Part shown: piece by piece, positions 59,343 to 64,000 of the stretch
How positions within the stretch are numbered: the first letter of the stretch is position 1
How the letters are laid out: each line of letters opens with the position of its first letter
Assembly: GCA_934096595.1 (NCBI GenBank)
Contig: CAKOMH010000001.1
Location: forward strand, 494-64,493
Direction of reading: 5' to 3'
DNA from: an uncultured Bacilli bacterium
GTDB lineage: Bacteria; Bacillota_I; Bacilli_A; RF39; UBA660
DNA: 64,000 nt
Translations under genes and position numbers: made by a program
The notes under the pieces: generated by a model
Databases searched by the model: none
The model's input: the letters and a program-made list of their open reading frames with translations, nothing else
What the model was told of the DNA's origin: nothing

Positions 59343-60935
59343 TTATTTTAAAACGAATCTAAATTCACTATCATTCTTTATTAAGCCATCTTTAACTATC
59401 AATAAATTATTATAATTAAAATCACTTAAAAAAGTACCACCATTTACTATATTTCTAATTTTAGGAAACTTATTTACTAAATTGGCTATTTTGCTAACAT
59501 CTTCACCACTTACTTTAGATTCTTTAACATAACTACTTATATTGCTTAACCAAATTTCTTTATCTTTATTATCATAATAATCTTTTATATCTTCATAACT
59601 AAGATTATATATTGAACTTAAATAATTAAAATATATCTCTTCAATCAACTTATAATTATCTAAAAATTCTTTATAAAATGTATAACTAACTTCATGAGTA
59701 GTATAATCATAATTACCAAAACTAGCACTATCTAATATATTTACTAAGATAAAATGATATAATATTAAATTATCATCCAAACTTAATACTTCTTTTTGCC
59801 TATTATAAAGTATTAACTGGAGAACACTATTTTTTAATATATAACTTTCAATAATTCCCCCAGTACTATCTGTTAAAAATTCATTTATATTAATATCATT
59901 TAATTTACTAAAATCATCACTATTAATTAATCTACTCCAATAACTATTTCTAACTAATCTTCCATCAATTAACCACAACATACTTAATAAATCTTTTATT
60001 TCTTTATCACTATAAGCATTAAAATAGTTACAAAAATTTAAAATATCGCCTTTAAATAAAGTCTCATAATATTTGTCTATAGATTTATCATTATCTAAAA
60101 AACTTAATAAAAGCAACTTACTTTCATACTTTCTTTCTTCTAAGTTATTATAACTATAATTAAAGTTCTTATTAATTGGTTGATAATTATTTTTTAAAAT
60201 ATTATAGTTATAAGAAGTTGCAACCGCCTCATTTAAGAAAGATATTCCCCCTTCTCCTTTTAATTTATAATGACATTTGTTATCTTCGCAAGGTACTACA
60301 AACATATGATTAAATTCATGATTAATTGTATCAAATAAATTCATATATAAATCATCCAAGTTATTAGCATTCTTTAATATATTATTTAAAGATATAACTA
60401 TCAAATTATCTTTTTCAAAATATTCTCCCAGTTGTTCTTGGTCTTCAAAATCACCCATTAATATTTTTAAAGATAATAACTTATGAACATCATCTTTTCT
60501 TCTCTTATCTAAAAGTACTCTATTAATAATATCTAATATAGTATTTTCTATATATTTTCTTATTTCATCATCAGCTATATCACTAATTAATAAATAATTT
60601 TCTTTATCTTGAATATATATTTTACTATTTAAATTTATAATGTTATATAAATCTATTTTATTGCCCGTAAAGTTATAATCACAAGAAACATTACTAATTT
60701 TACCTATTTTTATTAAGTCTTGTAATTCTTTATCGCTTAATAAAGTCTTAGCATTTAAAGGCATGGTAATATCATTTACTTGATTTATAAAATCAATGTC
60801 ACTCTTAGTATCATCTATAGCCTCTGCTTTAGCCTTAATTAAATGATTTTCTCTTCCATTTATAAAAGAAACTATAGTTATAGAAAGGCAAAGTCCTAAT
60901 ATCGCTCCCATCTTGCCTAAGCTTTTAATTGTCAT
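59343..60935 (-). CDS. Secreted HExxH putative metallopeptidase (INHEFNHMFVVP, followed 27 aa later by NEAVAT). Tandem paralog of 57612..59318.
   Basis: Signal peptide with AKA-EA cleavage. Shares a C-terminal ...KFPKI[QR].I.G... block with its neighbor. Confidence 0.55.
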   Translation of the reverse strand: MTIKSLGKMGAILGLCLSITIVSFINGRENHLIKAKAEAIDDTKSDIDFINQVNDITMPLNAKTLLSDKELQDLIKIGKISNVSCDYNFTGNKIDLYNIINLNSKIYIQDKENYLLISDIADDEIRKYIENTILDIINRVLLDKRRKDDVHKLLSLKILMGDFEDQEQLGEYFEKDNLIVISLNNILKNANNLDDLYMNLFDTINHEFNHMFVVPCEDNKCHYKLKGEGGISFLNEAVATSYNYNILKNNYQPINKNFNYSYNNLEERKYESKLLLLSFLDNDKSIDKYYETLFKGDILNFCNYFNAYSDKEIKDLLSMLWLIDGRLVRNSYWSRLINSDDFSKLNDININEFLTDSTGGIIESYILKNSVLQLILYNRQKEVLSLDDNLILYHFILVNILDSASFGNYDYTTHEVSYTFYKEFLDNYKLIEEIYFNYLSSIYNLSYEDIKDYYDNKDKEIWLSNISSYVKESKVSGEDVSKIANLVNKFPKIRNIVNGGTFLSDFNYNNLLIVKDGLIKNDSEFRFVLK

Positions 60936-61014
60936 ATAAATATTATCTCTCTTTTCTTTGCTTTTATTTACTACTTAACCTTTATTTTATTTTTTTTGCT
61001 TTAATTATAAAATT

Positions 61015-62098
61015 TTATTTTTTTAATTTTAATACTGACTCCATAATAGCCAATATATCTCCATCTAAAACTTTGAAGGCTTGACTAGTTTCATATCCAC
61101 TTCTTAAGTCTTTTACCAAAGTATAAGGTTCTAAAACATAATTTCTAATTTGACTACCAAAATTAATGCTATCACTAATTCCCTTTTCTTTATTTAACTC
61201 GGCTTCTTTTTTTTCTACTTCTAATTGATACAATTTAGATTTTAGCATTTCCATGGCTCTTTCTTTATTGCGTAGCTGACTTCTTTCTACTTGGCAAGAT
61301 ACCACTATTTTGGTTGGCAAATGCGTAATTCTAACCGCCGAATCACTAGTATTTACCGATTGACCACCAGCCCCACTCGAATGAAAAACATCTATTTTTA
61401 AGTCTTCATCTTTAATTTCAATATCACTTACTTTATCAAATTCTGGCACTACTGTAACAGAAGCAAAGGAAGTATGGCGTCTTTTATTAGAATCAAACGG
61501 TGATATTCTTACTAGTCTATGGACCCCTTTTTCGCCTTTAAAATATCCATAACTCATATTGCCACTAATTCTTAAAGTTACCGATTTTACCCCTGCTTCT
61601 TCGCCTTTTAAAAAGTCAATAACCTCATATTTATATCCATTTGCCTCACAAAATCTCTCATACATTCGAAGTAACATCGAAGCCCAATCCATAGCCTCGG
61701 TTCCCCCCGCCCCCGGATGAATTTCTAAAAAGCAATTTAAATTATCATAAGGCCCATTAAGTAAGGTTGCTACTTCTAATTCTTCAATTAATTTTTCAGC
61801 ATTTAAAAACTCGGTCTCTAAATCATCTTTTAGGCTATCATCTAAACTAACTAACTCTATTAAGTCTTTTAACCCATCAACGATACTACTAGCCTTCTTT
61901 AAATCACTAAGTTCTTTTTTTAAATTAATAAGTTCACTATTAACTTTATTGGCATAAACATTATCATTCCAAATATTAGGTTGATTTAAAATATCCTCTA
62001 ATTCTTTTATTCTTTTGTCTTTAGCACTAACATCAAAGTGACCTCCCAATATCACTTAATTTATTTACTAACACATTATATCTTTCATTAATATCCAT
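61015..62098 (-). CDS. prfB: Peptide chain release factor 2 with a programmed +1 ribosomal frameshift. Frame 0 gives MDINERYNVLVNKLSDIGRSL and stops at TGA; translation continues in the +1 frame as DVSAKDKR...
   Basis: SPF tripeptide motif (RISPFDS) and GGQ (SGAGGQS). The frameshift cassette GGGAGG-TCA-CTT-TGA-T lies at about 62030-62050. ATG at 62098 with a GGAGA RBS. The track ORF 61015..62055 starts at an artefactual GTG. Confidence 0.9.
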
Positions 62099-62834
62099 TA
62101 TTTATTCTCCTTAAAACCATATCTATATCTAAAAGAGTAGTATTATCATCTACCTTTAAAGACTTTTGTAAACTAAAATAAAACTCCTCTAAACTCTCAG
62201 TAACACTAATTATACCACATTCTAAAGCCCCTCGGCTAAAATCTACTAATCGAAAGTGATTTAAAACTTCATAAAGACTATAATCCCCTAAATATTTAAA
62301 AATACTTCTTAAAATTATTTGCCAAATTTTATAAGCCATCTCAATATATAATTTATCGCTATCATAATTTTTATCAATATTAGATAAATCAAAATCTAAT
62401 AAATATAAATTACCATTTTTATAAAGCATATTACCAGAAAGAATATCAACTAAGTTAATATTATTATTAGCCAATAGTCTAATACTTTCTAATAACTTTT
62501 GATAAGCCTCCAATAACTCTTTTATCTTCGTTTCTCTATTTATAAAATTAACATTAGAAGCGTTTATAAACTTCGTATTATATCCCAAGATAGCCTTATC
62601 AGTCATATATATATCACGAGGTAATATTAACTGACTTTCACCATCTAACTTTCCTAATTTAACTAATAAATTAAATATATCTTTTCCAATTTTTTGGTCT
62701 AAACTACGATAACAATCTAAAAATATTTTTACGATATAATCATTTTCTTGAAAATACAATTTATTTGTACTTTTTACTTTAAACTCCTTTAATTTTGGTA
62801 TATCTTTAACACTTTGCACTTTAATTATTGCCAT
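62088..62834 (-). CDS. Mini protein-kinase-like fold protein (Kdo/RIO/CotS-like phosphotransferase), paralog 1. It has a beta3-Lys (IVKIF), a catalytic D-x4-N (DILSGN) and a DFD (LLDFD).
   Basis: Direct motif reading. It overlaps the prfB start by 11 nt and paralog 2 by 10 nt. Confidence 0.5.
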   Translation of the reverse strand: MAIIKVQSVKDIPKLKEFKVKSTNKLYFQENDYIVKIFLDCYRSLDQKIGKDIFNLLVKLGKLDGESQLILPRDIYMTDKAILGYNTKFINASNVNFINRETKIKELLEAYQKLLESIRLLANNNINLVDILSGNMLYKNGNLYLLDFDLSNIDKNYDSDKLYIEMAYKIWQIILRSIFKYLGDYSLYEVLNHFRLVDFSRGALECGIISVTESLEEFYFSLQKSLKVDDNTTLLDIDMVLRRINNGY

Positions 62835-63550
62835 AACTTCTCATTCCTTAAACATCTTCTTATATCACCAACGGTTTCTATTTTTTCTTGACTCTTTCTT
62901 GCTATTTTTAATCTTAGTAAATTTATAAAAGCAATATAATCCGTACTTTCTAAGTTATCAATTCTTTCTTTTATATAATTAATATCTATATCATTTAACC
63001 AATTTAAATCATAGGAATCAAGCATTCTATCAATTATTAAATTAAACAAAGACATTCCCATTATTTTATAAGCCATATCTATATCATCAAAATAAATACA
63101 GTTATCAAAATCAATTAAATATAAATTATTTTTATCAAATAAAACATTTCCGCCCCAAATATCGGGATTTAAAATACCAATAGCACTTATTTTTTGAATA
63201 TCTTCTAAAAGCCCCATTACCATTTTAATAACCTTATTAATAAATATATCTTCAGTTAAGTAATCCAACGGTTTTCCTAAACAGATAGGCATACTATAAC
63301 CTAGAAATTCTTTTTCAGTTATATATAAATTTTGAGGTAACTCTAAATATTTAATGTCCTTTAATTCTGATAACTTTTCTAATACTTGCAATCTATTATA
63401 ATTAGTCCCATCGCTTAATAATCTATCACAAATATTTAAGACTTTTAAATACTTACCATTTTTATAATAGATTTTACTTCTACTCCATATCATTAATTCT
63501 TTATCCGGAAGTCTTAAATCTTCAATACTTTTTACCTTTACTATTGCCAC
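62825..63550 (-). CDS. Mini protein-kinase-like fold protein, paralog 2 (YLKVLNI, DIWGGN, LIDFD)
   Basis: Same motif set. The C-terminal ETVGDIRRCL block is shared with paralog 3. Confidence 0.5.
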   Translation of the reverse strand: MAIVKVKSIEDLRLPDKELMIWSRSKIYYKNGKYLKVLNICDRLLSDGTNYNRLQVLEKLSELKDIKYLELPQNLYITEKEFLGYSMPICLGKPLDYLTEDIFINKVIKMVMGLLEDIQKISAIGILNPDIWGGNVLFDKNNLYLIDFDNCIYFDDIDMAYKIMGMSLFNLIIDRMLDSYDLNWLNDIDINYIKERIDNLESTDYIAFINLLRLKIARKSQEKIETVGDIRRCLRNEKLWQ

Positions 63551-63552
63551 AT

Positions 63553-64000
63553 TTATCCTCTTTTAGTTAAATTAAGACACATTCTTAAATCGCCAACTGT
63601 TTTTATTCTTTTCCTAGTATAAGTTTCCAATTTCCATCTTAATAGTTCAAAATATAAATCATAATTAGTACTTCTAAAAGACTTAAATTCTTGTTCTAAA
63701 GTCTCTAAATCTCTTTCCATTAATAAGGGTGACCCAAAACCATCTTTTACTAAACTTAAATATACAGTTTGAAATATATTATGTAAAGTTCTTAAATATA
63801 CTCGATCATCGCAATAAATACTATTATCAAAATCAATTAAATACATTCTTCCATCATATAAAATATTATTAGAAGTAGTATCATAATTAAATATCTTATT
63901 ATCTGCAAGTATTCTTATATCTTTTCTAAGTAATTTAAAAGATTTTATTACATCATCATATTTACTATTTAAACTAATATCCATTATTGTCTTAGCATCT
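63553..64000 (-). CDS. Mini protein-kinase-like fold protein, paralog 3. It is 5'-truncated by the window end; the reading frame stays open to 64000.
   Basis: YLIDFD and the C-terminal KTVGDLRMCL block. No stop is found upstream of the M at 63984 within the window. Confidence 0.5.
   Translation of the reverse strand, partial: DAKTIMDISLNSKYDDVIKSFKLLRKDIRILADNKIFNYDTTSNNILYDGRMYLIDFDNSIYCDDRVYLRTLHNIFQTVYLSLVKDGFGSPLLMERDLETLEQEFKSFRSTNYDLYFELLRWKLETYTRKRIKTVGDLRMCLNLTKRG

Noticed and set aside
62041-62055. ORF-track start for prfB at 62055 (and similar track starts for gpmI at 21452, whiA at 30821, ftsE at 34203)
   Set aside because: The track accepts GTG/TTG as M. These starts fall inside the Shine-Dalgarno sequence. 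Downstream ATG or GTG codons with proper SD spacing were preferred. For prfB the true N-terminus lies in a different frame because of the programmed frameshift.

Overview
AT-rich (~28% GC) chromosomal segment from a low-GC Gram-positive bacterium (Bacillota). The gene content (Spo0A-like, WhiA, GerQ-like, FtsEX with an M23 peptidase) suggests an endospore-former lineage or a relative, possibly Erysipelotrichia- or Clostridia-like. All calls come from reading the sequence and the ORF track; no database search was possible. Minus strand 19257->5338 carries a complete S10-spc-alpha ribosomal superoperon (rpsJ ... secY-adk-map-infA-rpmJ-rpsM-rpsK-rpoA-rplQ), without rpmD/L30. Its 5' flank (1-5300) holds a partial Cys-repeat surface protein, a Tat-signal secreted protein, a tmRNA (ssrA) with a consensus promoter, and three poorly conserved genes. 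Upstream of rpsJ is a non-canonical glycolytic cluster, gap-orf176-pgk-[Spo0A-like]-gpmI, with no cggR, tpiA or eno; the Spo0A homolog has its phospho-acceptor Asp replaced by Ser. Further genes are a TGS-uridine kinase fusion, whiA, ftsE-ftsX with a coiled-coil M23 peptidase, a beta-lactamase-fold lipoprotein, two YitT paralogs, a GerQ-like coat protein, lemA, ung, rlmH, a yycJ-like MBL, a LysM-M23 peptidase, dnaB, rplI, rpsR-ssb-rpsF, a YfcC-like transporter, a DUF4932-like HExxH protein, an NrtR-like Nudix protein, an XRE regulator, a secreted Listeria-Bacteroides-repeat protein, typA/bipA, a glycine-rich secreted protein, an RHH protein, two tandem secreted HExxH paralogs, prfB with its programmed +1 frameshift site, and at least three tandem overlapping mini protein-kinase-like paralogs that run off the window end. 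Findings flagged for follow-up are the phosphorylation-incompetent Spo0A embedded in the glycolytic operon (with an 0A box upstream), the kinase-like array translationally coupled to prfB, the HExxH paralog set, a 155-bp duplicated element with an inverted fragment bracketing a small strongly-SD-led ORF, and several palindromic candidate operators.
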